A DNA stretch of 64,000 nt, taken from the NCBI GenBank assembly GCA_965644495.1, contig CBFFSA010000002.1, forward strand, positions 744,001 to 808,000. Reading direction: 5' to 3'. A program made the translations under genes and the position numbers. Origin of the DNA: Perkinsela sp. CCAP 1560/9 (taxonomy: Eukaryota; Protista; Euglenozoa: Kinetoplastea). Below, piece after piece: positions 9,300 through 20,847 of the stretch (position 1 is its first letter; each line of letters starts with the position of its first letter). The notes beneath the pieces are model-generated. The model made no database searches. It was not told the origin of the DNA and worked only from the letters and a program-made list of their open reading frames with translations.

Positions 9300-11387
9300 A
9301 TGAAGGATGTTCTTCCCCCCTACTGCGTGAGTCAGCATGTCACATTACTCCTACGTCGTCCCGCGCGCTCGTCTTTCTCGTCTCCGACACTCCTCGGTGT
9401 TTTTCTACTCACTTTGCTCCACGTCCTTGGGGGATATGACGTCCCCTCCCCCACCCGATGGACTCCCCCCACCCGGTTCGATCCCTCGCACGCCCTGGAT
9501 GACGAGGACGACGTGCTGGAGCATGACCCGCGGGTGGGTAACCCCCGGGAAGACACCGACACCCCCTCCCCGCTCACCGACGTCCCGGTGCCACGTCCCC
9601 CCCACCCCCACCAGCCCTCCCCGCCCCGTGCTTTCCCCGTACGTCCGGTACGCTATGACACCTCCGACCCCGCAGCAGCCGAACGAGCCCGCGCACTGAA
9701 CGACGTCTGGAACAGCCCTCTGCGGGAACACCCCAGCGTAGCGGGTCTCGGAGAGGAGACCCCAGAGGTGGTGGAGGGGGAGTGGGGTCGGGGTCCCGCC
9801 TACCCCTCCCAGCACAGCCACCGCCCCCACCCCGCCTCCCCAAGAACCCTCCCCCCACCCCCACGAGAGCGAAGCACCTACGACACCCCCGAGCGTAACG
9901 AACGCCACCACGGCGCCGGCCCCGTCCTCCAGCTCGTCCGCCAAGGCAAGCTCCGTCGTGTCGACACCGAGACCGAGCTCCCCTCCCCCCCACGCCTCTT
10001 CCCCGACACCCCCGCCTACCTCCACACCTCTCTCGAGGCCAGCGCCGGGAGCACCACCCCCTCCGACTCCGAACGCGCCCTCGCCATGGAAGGGGTCTGG
10101 AACAGTCCCATGTCCGACCACCCCTCCGTGGAGGGTCTCACCCTCCCCCACCCCGAGCTCGATCGGACCTGGGGACCCCAACGTCCCCACGTCGGGGAGA
10201 CCCGTCATGGTCTCCCATGGCTCCAGCCCCCCGGGGTCTCCTCCTCGACTTCTACTGCTGCTGCTTCCTCGAGCCCCTCCACCCACCATGAGCTCCTGCG
10301 CTCCCGCTCCCTCTCCCCCCAGTCCCTCCGCATGTCCTGGGAGGAGCTCCCGGGGCGGGGGATCCCGATGGGGGACACCGCGCTGTACGACACCGACGAC
10401 ACCGCCTCGCTCTCCCCCCTCAGCGAGAGCGACGCCTCGATGGAGGGCTCCTCCTGCAGCGGGCAGGAGGGCTCGGACACCCCCGTGACCCCGAACCACA
10501 ATGAGGAGGAGGGGGAAGGGGGACTCCCCGCGCTGTCCCAGCGGGGTGCGAAACGAGGCGCTAGGGGGCGGGAGGAGCAGGGGGAGAGGGGGGGGAGGGG
10601 TATCCGCGGCACGGGGTTGTTCCCGATAGGGGGTGGAGATCCCCCACGGGATGAACCCCGTGATTTGAGTAGTCTCCCCGCGACCTCGTATCACACCCCT
10701 CCGATGGTGGCACGGTGTCCGGAGTGTCATGGCACGGGTCGTGGGATTCACCCCGTGGGGACCCCGGGGGCGGTGAGTTGTCGTACGTGTGCGGGGGATG
10801 CGGGTGGGGTGAGTACCCCGACGGATGGGTTCTGTTTGGATAGCAGCCCAGATTTGGCAGAGAGTCCCGCGAAAGGGGGTGGGGGGTTGAGTAACACCAC
10901 CCCGCCATACAACTCCCCGGGGGATGTGCCGTACTACGAGCATTGGCTAATGGACGCATTGGACCCGTGTCGGGAGGAGGAGGAGGCGGGGTTTGCCAGC
11001 CCCGCGTTCCCCTCCATGCCGCAGATCTACGAGAGCTCCATGTTGTATCGTACCCCCCATGGGAGTCTGTTTGTGCCGAAAGGGAGTAAGGCGCCGCAAT
11101 ACCGACGGCCCAGCACTCAAAAGACTCCGAGCGCCCCGAGACCGTTTCCCGCGGCACCTCCTAGCTTTGCGTTCGACCCGTTGGCCACGGATCTCCTCGG
11201 CGGTGGGTACAATGGCAAGAGAAAGGCAGAGGCCTCCCCTCCTCCCAGTGTGAGTGCCCCGCCACCTGCCCAGTCCTGGGCCGCCGGGTTCGCGAGTGCG
11301 TTCGGATACCCCACGCGGCACCCCCCGAAGAGTCGTAAGGTGGAGGGGGACGCGAGTGTCCATGACGTGCGTCGAAAGAAGATGTGA
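9300..11387 (+). CDS. Hypothetical disordered Pro/Ser-rich protein with an internal repeat and CxxCxGxG-like Cys pairs
   Basis: Long ORF on the coding strand; repeats RARALNDVWNSPLREHPSVAGL / RALAMEGVWNSPMSDHPSVEGL; CPECHGTG...CRTCAG. Confidence 0.6.
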   Translation: MKDVLPPYCVSQHVTLLLRRPARSSFSSPTLLGVFLLTLLHVLGGYDVPSPTRWTPPTRFDPSHALDDEDDVLEHDPRVGNPREDTDTPSPLTDVPVPRPPHPHQPSPPRAFPVRPVRYDTSDPAAAERARALNDVWNSPLREHPSVAGLGEETPEVVEGEWGRGPAYPSQHSHRPHPASPRTLPPPPRERSTYDTPERNERHHGAGPVLQLVRQGKLRRVDTETELPSPPRLFPDTPAYLHTSLEASAGSTTPSDSERALAMEGVWNSPMSDHPSVEGLTLPHPELDRTWGPQRPHVGETRHGLPWLQPPGVSSSTSTAAASSSPSTHHELLRSRSLSPQSLRMSWEELPGRGIPMGDTALYDTDDTASLSPLSESDASMEGSSCSGQEGSDTPVTPNHNEEEGEGGLPALSQRGAKRGARGREEQGERGGRGIRGTGLFPIGGGDPPRDEPRDLSSLPATSYHTPPMVARCPECHGTGRGIHPVGTPGAVSCRTCAGDAGGVSTPTDGFCLDSSPDLAESPAKGGGGLSNTTPPYNSPGDVPYYEHWLMDALDPCREEEEAGFASPAFPSMPQIYESSMLYRTPHGSLFVPKGSKAPQYRRPSTQKTPSAPRPFPAAPPSFAFDPLATDLLGGGYNGKRKAEASPPPSVSAPPPAQSWAAGFASAFGYPTRHPPKSRKVEGDASVHDVRRKKM

Positions 11388-11947
11388 TTGTTAGACAGGG
11401 CTAAAATTCAGAAAGGGAATAACGGTTTGCGTGTTCGTTTTTGTTTTTTCGGTCATTTATGAATAGATTTTTTATATGCATGGCAGATTTGGAAAAAAAA
11501 GGAAGTGATGGATATACATAGGTATGGGATTGGCTATACATAGGTTCACGGCAATGTGATCCGTATTTTTTACTGTTTGATTTACGGCTTGATTTTTGAG
11601 CCTATACGATACTATACATAGTGAGCCACCCAGAACACGCATAGACGAGGTGGAAAAGCATACTGTGAATAGATGGAATCGCGTTTAGAAATGTTGCCAA
11701 GTCGAATTCCAGAGTATTTCACTTCATGCGATTCTCGTCCGCTTTTTCACTGTGATATACAATGTATACCAGGGCATTCGAAGAGAAGAAGTTTGCCCAA
11801 AGTATGGTTTATTACACTCCATAAAATAGAGTTTAATCGCTTTAATTGGTACGACAATATAAAAAGAAATGTGTATGTTAGGTTTTTGGATGCACTCACC
11901 TCTTATTTCACCACTAGACATCCATTTTTCTACATCCATACTTTTCC

Positions 11948-13813
11948 ATGCAAGTCTTCGGCGGTTCCGAGTACTTTACCCCACCACAGGAGTATGACAA
12001 CGACACCCTACGTCGGTTATGCCTTTTTTGTCAAGTCCTGCACCAGCTCTCATGGCCCTCACAACAAGATATTGTCACTGTCGCCCAGAACGCCATCGAG
12101 GTACACAACCCGGAGCTCGCCTCCGCGGCCTTAAAACGACATCTCAAGGAGTCCTGCCCCTCGGGAGATACCCCACCCCCTGCGGCCGTACCCTCTACGG
12201 AGGACACCCGCCCCCTTGTCTCCCTCGACCGAACCCGTGCGCTGTGGTACGTGCTGGACTACCTCTCCAAGCAGCACGGCGCGGAGTTCAAGGTGTTTCT
12301 CCAGGCCGACCTCCCAGAACTTGCCCTGGAGGCGATCCCCTGGGAGCACGACACGGAGTCCCCCAAGTACGAGCTCCTTGTGGATCGCTGGGTGGGGGTG
12401 TTTGACCCGGACGTGCTGACCAACGTCAACGCGGCCCGTCGGAAGCGTCTCTGGCGTCACGCCCACCCTGCGGAGTACGCCGAGCGACAAGCCCGGGAGG
12501 AGACGCTCTGGGCACTCTCCGCCGCCGAGGCCACTGAGGCAGAAGGCCTGGACGAGTACGCCATGCCGTGCTTTCGCTATCTCGCCGGGAAGTGCGAGGA
12601 GAATCCGTGCCCAAGACTGCACCCCGCGGGGGAGGAAGGTACGCTGCCTCCGGAGGCCCGCCCAGGGGACTGGCGCTGTCCCCACTGTGCCACACTCAAC
12701 CGTCATTTCCGCCGTCGGTGTTACTACTGTCCCGGGGAGAAGCCGCAGTACCGGGCGGTTCACCACACCCCAGGGACACGAACCCGCCCCGGGGGCTACC
12801 CCGTGTTAACTCCCCCCAGTGATCCCCGATTCGACGTGTTCTCCGCCCAATTCGGGTACGACCCCTGCGATACGCACGCTGCCACCCGCCACTGGGTGGA
12901 ATACTTCGCCCACACCCCACTGGAGGATTACCTAAACGAGCGAAGTGCGGCCTACCGGGTTCGTATCCTCCAGCGCGCGCCACGGAATGAGCTGGAACGT
13001 GAGCTCCGCACCTCCGTACACTTTCCGGACCTCCGAAGCGTACGGCAGCAGTTTCCCATCACAGCCCCCGTAGCCCCGCAGTGGGTTCGACAGCGTGGGA
13101 CGTTGCTATCCAACGCAGCGTCCACAATGGAACATGGGGAGATGAGTACGGGGGAGGGCGTGGAGTCTACCCAGGGGCTGGGGCGTCTACACCTTGCCTC
13201 TGAGGCGATCCAACAACACTCCTCCGCGATTGCACTTCCCAGTGTACCACAAATGCCACCGTCGAACCAAATTGCGTGGGTTCACAATCAGATTAAACAA
13301 CAGGGCGCGGCGCACCCGGATTTTGCCGGGTATCTTTGTCAAGTCATCCTCGCGTTAAAGGCAGCGCTTCCTACGGTGTCCAAGGCCTCGAGTGAGGGAA
13401 AGACCCCTCTCCGGGATATGACATGGCTGGGGGTGTTGTTGCTGGATTTTGTTCGTATGGCGTTTCACAACTTTACCAGTGACGAGGCACGACACCGGAC
13501 TCGCGTCACAGAAGCCATGCAACAAGCTCAGGCCAGGGGAGAGGCTATAGATCCGGAGCTCTATAATCCAGATCGTTCCTTCCGTGCCTCCTACCATCCT
13601 GCTTACGCGTTTTTCAGTGATTTACACGACTTAGCGAGGTGGATCCCGTTTCCTGCTCAAAATATGTGGGAGTTGGAGGCTGCAGTGCAATATGTGATAC
13701 AATCGCCCACAAGTTTACCTGAGTTGTCAAAGGAAAATAAAAATGTAGAGAAAGGCACTTCGGGTCGAATTTTACCAAAGCTTCCGTTACCACGTTGTAT
13801 GACGAAGCGATAG
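11948..13813 (+). CDS. Zinc-finger RNA-processing protein (CID-like N-terminus, CCCH finger, RanBP2-type finger)
   Basis: ALWYVLDYLSK (CID-like); CFRYLAGKCEENPCPRLH (CCCH); GDWRCPHCATLNRHFRRRCYYC (RanBP2). Confidence 0.75.
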   Translation: MQVFGGSEYFTPPQEYDNDTLRRLCLFCQVLHQLSWPSQQDIVTVAQNAIEVHNPELASAALKRHLKESCPSGDTPPPAAVPSTEDTRPLVSLDRTRALWYVLDYLSKQHGAEFKVFLQADLPELALEAIPWEHDTESPKYELLVDRWVGVFDPDVLTNVNAARRKRLWRHAHPAEYAERQAREETLWALSAAEATEAEGLDEYAMPCFRYLAGKCEENPCPRLHPAGEEGTLPPEARPGDWRCPHCATLNRHFRRRCYYCPGEKPQYRAVHHTPGTRTRPGGYPVLTPPSDPRFDVFSAQFGYDPCDTHAATRHWVEYFAHTPLEDYLNERSAAYRVRILQRAPRNELERELRTSVHFPDLRSVRQQFPITAPVAPQWVRQRGTLLSNAASTMEHGEMSTGEGVESTQGLGRLHLASEAIQQHSSAIALPSVPQMPPSNQIAWVHNQIKQQGAAHPDFAGYLCQVILALKAALPTVSKASSEGKTPLRDMTWLGVLLLDFVRMAFHNFTSDEARHRTRVTEAMQQAQARGEAIDPELYNPDRSFRASYHPAYAFFSDLHDLARWIPFPAQNMWELEAAVQYVIQSPTSLPELSKENKNVEKGTSGRILPKLPLPRCMTKR

Positions 13814-14243
13814 TTTTAAACGAAAATTAGTACTCTGATCTACTCTGAAAATTAGTATTCTAATCTCACTAAAAACGTCGTGAGAAAATAGAAAGTTTGA
13901 AATACGAAACAACTACTGTAAGTGTAAAATCCGTAGATAAGTTACGTGTTACGACTGCACCATAATTCCCGAAGGTATTTCATGAACTGTTTGAAAAAAG
14001 AAGAAATCAGTTAATGGAGAACCATAATTGGGTCATGAAAAAGTACTATTGATAGGGTTTTATTGCGCATCCAGTAATTTTAACAAACTGTTCAAAAAAG
14101 TACATACAAATTATTTATCTCTAGAGGCTTAGAAACCAGCTTCATTTTCTAAAGGTACTCAAACTAAAAATTGCTTTTTCCGCACGTTTGCTAACACCTC
14201 TTCACATCCATTGAGAGTGTTGCTGTCACATACGATAAATCGT

Positions 14244-16763
14244 ATGCTAATGAGCGAACACAAACCGAAGAAAAGTTATCTACCACAGATTGTCTCCCAG
14301 CTCCTATTCGTGGCTTTTGTTGCAAGCACTCAATGGAAAATTAGTAAGTTAACCTCACAGACCGTGGGCTTTTCTTTTCCTACTTTTGTCCCTGTTCGTA
14401 GTGCTAGAGCGCCCAACGGAAATGAAAAGAAAAAGACACCACTAAGACCTCCCACACCTACACCTCCCATACCCATGGAAGCACACATTGTGGATTTCAG
14501 CAAAGACTCCGATTTTGATCTTTCCAGTGGTACTTCGGAGGAGGAGTCGCTGGACTGGGAGGGATGGCCAAAGTCGCCGTGCCCCAATTCTCTCTTCTCC
14601 AATGTCAATCAAACGGAAACGATTCTAGGGGCTCTTTGGGCGAGCTTTGAGAAACATGCAATGCCACAGCAGGCCGATCAACAAGCTGTGGCGAAGGAGA
14701 AAGATGAGGTAAGTGTGAACTCCTCCTTGGGTACATTTTCTTCATATGAAAACACTACTTACTCTGTTGAAATGGAGGGCACTCCCACCACTTCTTCCAT
14801 AGATAACTTTTTATCCCTCTTGAAAGAGCAGCGTGCGCAAAATAAGGAAGGTATTCTTCAACTCACGAGTCAAGGGTATGGAATTCGGTCGTCACGTAAC
14901 GTACAGCATACTGAGTATAAATCTTATCCCAAACTCTCCCTAAAACGTGTCAGCGAAGAAGAACTGCGCGACACAACGACCCCATTAAGAGACACAGAGA
15001 AACTTCCCTATTCACTTCACTACTGGGAGTGTCAGCAAGAAAGTGGGTCGCAACCGTTTCCATCGTTTATCGTTGCCAATCAGCCGTACGGTGCGCTGTC
15101 CAGTGCGAGTGAGAAATCTCCAAGTTACTGTCATGGGGCTGATCTACAACAAGAAATAATCAATTATGAAGCGAATAGTGCAGATGAAATGGAAAGACTG
15201 GAATGCGCGGGTAGCAAAGAATCGTTAGATAAGAATATGTCGTTATTCAAACGGTGGTCAACGGGTATCAGACCCAAAAGAATAAGTGGACTTTATCCTA
15301 AGAAGTCGTCAAAAAATGCTACCTGCTATTCTAAATTCGGATTTTTTTCAGAGTCTCCGCCTTCCTCGTCGGACTCATGTGCTTTAGTTCCGTCGTGGAG
15401 GTCGTTTTCAATGCACGAGGTGGTACCAGCTGCTAAAGATAAGCATTCATCTTTTATTAATCTTCTGCAAGTGATACGTTGTAGTGGTCCTTGTTTGTCT
15501 ATGGAAGGGACGTACAAGTGTCAAGTAGGGACTAGCTTTGGTGTGACTTCGAAACACAGTATTTTCCACGAGTGCCTGAGATGCACTGACGCCGTTCATA
15601 GTCCAGATGCTATGAGGCCGAAAAAAGGAAAAAAGAGAACAAGCAAAGAAGCAAAAAATGTCTTCAGATCAGCATCTTCGGTACTACAGTTGTCCTCTCG
15701 CAATAAGGACTTGGGAGCTCGGGCTAAAAACAAACAGATTCCCATATTTGTACGTACTCTCTCGGAAGGGTGGAAGGAGCTTGGTTGTCTTGAAGCATCT
15801 AAGCTTGTCTTGCTACACCTTCCTGTGGCGAACAAGGCAATCTATTTTTCTGAGATTCCATCATGCGAAGTTAATCCTCCTATCTCGATTCATAAAACCG
15901 ATCGAATCTCTACTACTGAAGATGTGACCGTTGAGTATGAGGATATCTTACCCTACCACTGCAATATCGGCGAGTATAACTCCTACTATGTTCCAGTACC
16001 AAATCTTCAAACGAACGCAATTTCGGATGAGATGAGCGACGACTGTACTACGAAAAACTTGCTCTCTTCCCACTCCTCAGCTTATCCTACAACTCCTGTG
16101 TTCGAGAGTGCGTGTGATGTAATTGAATTGTCAACGGAACGAGTGCCATCAACCCTTACTCCTTATGACACAGAAAATGAATGCATCAATGAGTCATTGA
16201 AATCAAGAATATGGGAGCAATTTCCTTCATCTAGTAACAGAAGTGAGTCAAAAACTATTCTTCAGAATGAAGAGCGTAAAAGCTTGTCGGCTCCCTTAGC
16301 TAACCCTCAAAAAAAGTCCCCTCTCAAAGCAACGAAGCGCTGCACAGTACAGGAAGGAAGGCATGGGGAAAATCTTTTGACTGGGATGACATTGATATCA
16401 CAGAAGCCTTTACCATCCTCGCCGAGAAAGATTCGCGCGAAACGCCGAAGACGAAAACCTGGTATCGATCATTTCCTGAATAAAAAGCGTCAGCCCTTTT
16501 CTGAGGTAACTGACGGAATACCAGAAACTAAAAATCCTACGGATAGAAATTACTATGAGCTTATCTCGAAGGCTAGTTTGGCCGTTCGTTCATCTCGAGG
16601 TTTCGTTCCAGTGCAAGAGTCTCCCACGAGGGAAATCTCTGACGAGGAGGGCGAAAATGGTGAGAAGGTGTGGGCGAATAAAGCATTAAATTATGATTCT
16701 CCACTGCGAGAGGATATTATTCCGCACGAGCAGCAATGTATTTTTTCTATGATTGATTTGTAG
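14244..16763 (+). CDS. Hypothetical Ser-rich low-complexity protein
   Basis: 2.5-kb open frame in AT-rich DNA; start uncertain (14244 or a later ATG). Confidence 0.6.
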   Translation: MLMSEHKPKKSYLPQIVSQLLFVAFVASTQWKISKLTSQTVGFSFPTFVPVRSARAPNGNEKKKTPLRPPTPTPPIPMEAHIVDFSKDSDFDLSSGTSEEESLDWEGWPKSPCPNSLFSNVNQTETILGALWASFEKHAMPQQADQQAVAKEKDEVSVNSSLGTFSSYENTTYSVEMEGTPTTSSIDNFLSLLKEQRAQNKEGILQLTSQGYGIRSSRNVQHTEYKSYPKLSLKRVSEEELRDTTTPLRDTEKLPYSLHYWECQQESGSQPFPSFIVANQPYGALSSASEKSPSYCHGADLQQEIINYEANSADEMERLECAGSKESLDKNMSLFKRWSTGIRPKRISGLYPKKSSKNATCYSKFGFFSESPPSSSDSCALVPSWRSFSMHEVVPAAKDKHSSFINLLQVIRCSGPCLSMEGTYKCQVGTSFGVTSKHSIFHECLRCTDAVHSPDAMRPKKGKKRTSKEAKNVFRSASSVLQLSSRNKDLGARAKNKQIPIFVRTLSEGWKELGCLEASKLVLLHLPVANKAIYFSEIPSCEVNPPISIHKTDRISTTEDVTVEYEDILPYHCNIGEYNSYYVPVPNLQTNAISDEMSDDCTTKNLLSSHSSAYPTTPVFESACDVIELSTERVPSTLTPYDTENECINESLKSRIWEQFPSSSNRSESKTILQNEERKSLSAPLANPQKKSPLKATKRCTVQEGRHGENLLTGMTLISQKPLPSSPRKIRAKRRRRKPGIDHFLNKKRQPFSEVTDGIPETKNPTDRNYYELISKASLAVRSSRGFVPVQESPTREISDEEGENGEKVWANKALNYDSPLREDIIPHEQQCIFSMIDL

Positions 16764-17100
16764 TCACCTTTTCTTGAAGCGAAAGCTCTTTTGGACTTCT
16801 ACGGGCTAGTTTTTTTCTTGCCAATGTGTCACGTTACGAGTACGTGAGCAATTTTTTCATCTTTCTAGAAATCTAGCGCGTCTTTTGGCGCGACGTTTGC
16901 TTGTTTGAAGGGTATTTTCGTTCTGTTTTTTCTAGTCTCATTTCGGAATCAAGCGTTGTTATGACAGCGATTTGAGCGTTTAACTGTAAAGAAGGTTGTT
17001 TTGGTCCTCTCTCGCAGGTTTTCACCGTACTACAAGTTCTAAGAACAAACTTTTGAGAAGACAGTGTTCCACAGTTAGCACATTTTCTTTATTTTCTACA

Positions 17101-17890
17101 ATGCAAAGTGTCATATTCCAAATTCATTATTTCCTTTCTGGAGCAGAAGACCAAGCCCCCCGCTCCTCGCGTCTGCGACGTGGCAAAGTCGTTGCTCTCA
17201 CACCAGGAGATGCTCGAACGGTTTGTCGAGCACGTACAAAATCGTCCCGGAAGTTGGATCTATGAACCCAAAAAGCGGGGGATTTGGCTGGAGAAAGCCT
17301 CACGTATGCAGTTGGGGAGGCATTTCTTGTGACTCCAACCGGCAGGTGGTACGACTTCTGTGGGATGATCTCAAGCTGCAGGGAAACTTCACATTTGGGG
17401 TACTCCCCGGAACGCTGCGGTCGTTACGGGTGTCGGAAAACGGGTGTGCCGGTGGCCTCGCTGAACACAATTGCCCCCCAATCTCGAGCTCGTGAAAATG
17501 GGCCGAAATCGGTTCTCCGGTGACGTGCCGTGGGAACCTTTCCCGAAAGGCACTGAGAATATTGATTTCCATAATAACCACCTTGAAGGTCCGTTACAGG
17601 CAGAGAAGCTGCCCCGGACACTGGTAGCGCTGAACGTGGCTTACAACAAATTCCAAGGACATTTGGATCTCACCTCACTCCCCCCTTCGTTGATAACTTT
17701 GGACCTGGAAAACCATCAGTTCACAGGAAAAATTGCCCTTCACACGCTTCCTAAGGGAATGCGTATTTTTTTAATGGGAACCAGCTAGAGGGCTCAGTGA
17801 TTATCGGGGTGCTTTCTTCAAGCATGCAACAGATGTCGCTGGCTTCAAACTCGTTTAAAGGGGAATTAAGCTGGGAGGTGAATTATGATT
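17101..17890 (+). pseudogene. Frameshifted leucine-rich-repeat protein
   Basis: Pieces in successive frames: SLLSHQEMLERFV, CSWGGISCDS (LRR N-cap), LPxxLxxLxxxxNxFxG repeats; several frameshifts and a stop. Confidence 0.75.
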
Positions 17891-18028
17891 ATGTTTTACT
17901 TATGTGTCGGCCTAGCGTTGAATTATTACAGTTCAACGCCAGGGCGATACAAGAAGCAGGATTCGTAGTTTTCCAGTGGATTAAATTGTTCTTAAACAGC
18001 ATATTTACCATAAACGGTTCAATTTTTA

Positions 18029-19261
18029 ATGTCTGCTGAACTTCTTGCAGAATTGCAGCAAACTATTTGTGAATACACTCCAGGAATCCATGAAGGTGTT
18101 CCTTTCACCCAGCTGCAAAAGCGCACTCAGACGCTTCTCGGAGACTCAAGCCTCTCGGCGGAAGACAAAACAACGCTTACTCTAATTCTACCCCCTGCAT
18201 TACTTAATAAAGACACGTTGAACAGTTTGTTAAGCGACGACGCCACGGGCAACTCTCTAGCCGCGACACTGTTTCACCCTTCTCGAGCCTTACCATGTGA
18301 CACAATCCCTGCACGTCGCCCTGCACTACGAGCGTGGCTGAGTTCACTTTTGAAAGGGGAGGTACGAGGCCAGGCCCCTCCCCCCCGAGCCTCTCGAACC
18401 GACACCGATCCTAATTCCACCTCTCCAATCAGTCCCCGCTGGGCACCCGAAGCACGCCTGGCGCTGTGCTGGAGTTACCTACGTTGCTTCTGTCACGCCA
18501 ACCCCTACCGCAGTCCCGAGACCCCCCACGACCCCCTCCCCCCCCTCACCGAGACCCCTCCCACCCCCCACCTTGGTCTCTTCACAGGATGTACCACCGA
18601 CGAGTACCGGCTGCTGTGTCACGTGCTGCGTGAGCTGCTGCCGTCGTTGCTCCGTGAGTACGTCACCCAGCGCCGGTTCGCCGTGGCCCCACTCCACGCG
18701 TTGGTACACTCCGGGGCCTCGGAGGTGGTGGTGAGTCGGGGTGTGACCCCTGCGGGAGGGACGAATAACACAACACACGACGGGGTGCACTCCGCGCTCA
18801 CGGTACTGCGGCACATGATCCTGTGCGGGGACTACGGGGGGTGGGAGCGCTACCTGGAGGAATGCCCCGGGCTGGAATCCGTGGCGAAACCCTCACGCCC
18901 CGCACTGCTTTGGGGTTTTCTCCCAGTAGCCGGGCTGGACATGTTGGCCCGGGATTTGGGGGTGGCGGAATTATTGCGCACCAGTGGGCGTAATGAGTGG
19001 AATGTCGTGGAGCTTGCTGAGCGTCTCACCGGGAAGTGTGAGATTCCCGTTGACACGGCATATGAGACCGTGATGGGACACAAAGTGATACGTGAGGCTG
19101 TGTTTCATCGTGGCTCGCACTGTATGGATGAGGTGCGTAAAACGGTGGTGGCTCGACGATTTGAAGCCAGCGGCGGGGTAGATCTGCAAGGTACACGGGA
19201 TCAGTTGCAGCAGTGGATTCGACAGCTTCGTACGGTGGTACAAGACTCTGCTGCAAGTTAA
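18029..19261 (+). CDS. Hypothetical helical protein
   Basis: 410-aa ORF on the coding strand with a GC-rich core; no confident motif. Confidence 0.65.
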   Translation: MSAELLAELQQTICEYTPGIHEGVPFTQLQKRTQTLLGDSSLSAEDKTTLTLILPPALLNKDTLNSLLSDDATGNSLAATLFHPSRALPCDTIPARRPALRAWLSSLLKGEVRGQAPPPRASRTDTDPNSTSPISPRWAPEARLALCWSYLRCFCHANPYRSPETPHDPLPPLTETPPTPHLGLFTGCTTDEYRLLCHVLRELLPSLLREYVTQRRFAVAPLHALVHSGASEVVVSRGVTPAGGTNNTTHDGVHSALTVLRHMILCGDYGGWERYLEECPGLESVAKPSRPALLWGFLPVAGLDMLARDLGVAELLRTSGRNEWNVVELAERLTGKCEIPVDTAYETVMGHKVIREAVFHRGSHCMDEVRKTVVARRFEASGGVDLQGTRDQLQQWIRQLRTVVQDSAAS

Positions 19262-19603
19262 GTTTAATTCAAAAAAGCTTTTTATTTTGGGGGAAAGGGG
19301 CCATCTAAGGATGTGATTCATCATATCTAATGAGTAGTGTTTGGCGAATAAAAACGCGAGTGAAAATATGTTTTTATCATAAAAACATGTTTATATGAAT
19401 AAATTTCATGAATATCCACTATTTTCTAACAGTTTATTTTCTCTGTTTGCGATTATTTGGGCATCGTTGTCTTGTCTCACATCATTATCTTGTTTGGATT
19501 CAGTACCTAAATTGGTGGAGATACGGTGAGCATCTAACTCCCTTAAACCAACTGTACGGATAGTACTCGCATTTTTTTGTTATTCGCAATTAATTTTGAT
19601 GTA

Positions 19604-19700
19604 CTGTCCCCTCTCCCCTTAAGCGCACCCGGTCAGACCCCCCCCGTTTAAGCGCACTTTTCACGGAAAACGAGGTGCGCTTAAACGCGGGGGGCATGAT
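19604..19700. mobile_element. Partial MITE of the CTGTCCCC / TTAAGCGCAC family
   Basis: TA-CTGTCCCC...TTAAGCGCACCCGGTCAGACCC, near-identical to 30672-30849. Confidence 0.6.
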
Positions 19701-20562
19701 TTTAAAAATAAAAAAAAATATTTGGGTCACCGGCAGTTTACTCGGTTAAATGCACTGTTCACAAACGCGGGCTCTTATTCATCGAATCGTGGGTGAAGCA
19801 ATAGATAGTAGTGTCATCCTTATACTCCAGACGATGAATTAGCGCTCCCCTTCATACTTTCGCCCAAAATAACTTCCGCTTCGTGCCCTACCCCACGAAA
19901 AAGTGGTCAGCTGACCACCCTCTGAAAAAGTGGCCAGCTGGGGCAACCGGTGTCCTTCTTCATCTTGTTCTCAAGGGGTTGGTCAACTGGCTACTTTTTC
20001 GTAGGGTAGTCAGCTGATCACATTTTCAGGAGGTGGCCAGCTGGGCATGAAAATCCATACTGTTGTCTCGTTTCAGAAGGTGGGCAGCTGTCCCGCTCCG
20101 TGCAAGATTCGGCTACACCATGCAAGATTGACATACAAGATTGGGTCGATTATTACTGCCATGACGGCCACGAGTTTCACCGAATGACATGACGAAACTG
20201 GTTTTATGGAATCCAGGCATAAAGGGGCGAGGAAAATGCGAAGCAACAGATGTAGCAGATTCTCTTTGAAAAGAAATATTATCTCCCTGCAGTGCAGGGC
20301 CTCCACGAAGTTTAATAAAAAAGCGTGTTTTTCTAACATTTTTTACCTTCTATATTTCTTTTTTACCTTCTACGTTTTTTACTTCTTTTCATAATAGAGG
20401 GTAGAGCAGCACTCTAATGACTTTATACAACCAACGTAATATCTTTTTTAGGTAAAATATGAATAGGCAATTACCATTTTTTTACTTTTTTACTCCCTTT
20501 TTTATAGACTAACCTGAAGAATTATTCGTCCAGTCCTTTTTACTGTACATGCCTTCACTTTG

Positions 20563-20847
20563 ATGCCTGAAACAAAACGAGCGTGTTGGAAGGCCAAAGA
20601 ATCTTTTATGAAATGTATCATACAAAGTCAGTGTTACACAGAGAAGCAAGATCTGGAGGAATGTATATCGGCTCCAGAATGCTTTTTGGAACGCAAAAAT
20701 TGGGTGATATGTAAACTAAATGCGAACAATCCGAAATATCGTCTCCGAGGAAACCCATACGACGTGATGACAGAGGATCAGAAAAAGACCTCAGAGAGAG
20801 CAGAGCGAATTCAACGTGAAATGGATGAAGAAAGGGGGATTTCATAA
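20563..20847 (+). CDS. COA5: Cytochrome c oxidase assembly factor 5 / Pet191 (twin CX9C)
   Basis: CWKAKESFMKC...C...C...CFLERKNWVICK...RLRGN matches the Pet191 Cys spacing and C-terminal RFRGN-type motif. Confidence 0.82.
   Translation: MPETKRACWKAKESFMKCIIQSQCYTEKQDLEECISAPECFLERKNWVICKLNANNPKYRLRGNPYDVMTEDQKKTSERAERIQREMDEERGIS

Noticed and set aside
17101-17890. Programmed frameshifting or introns rescuing the LRR gene
   Set aside because: Several unrelated frameshifts plus a stop, with no shared signal; decay or sequencing error is simpler
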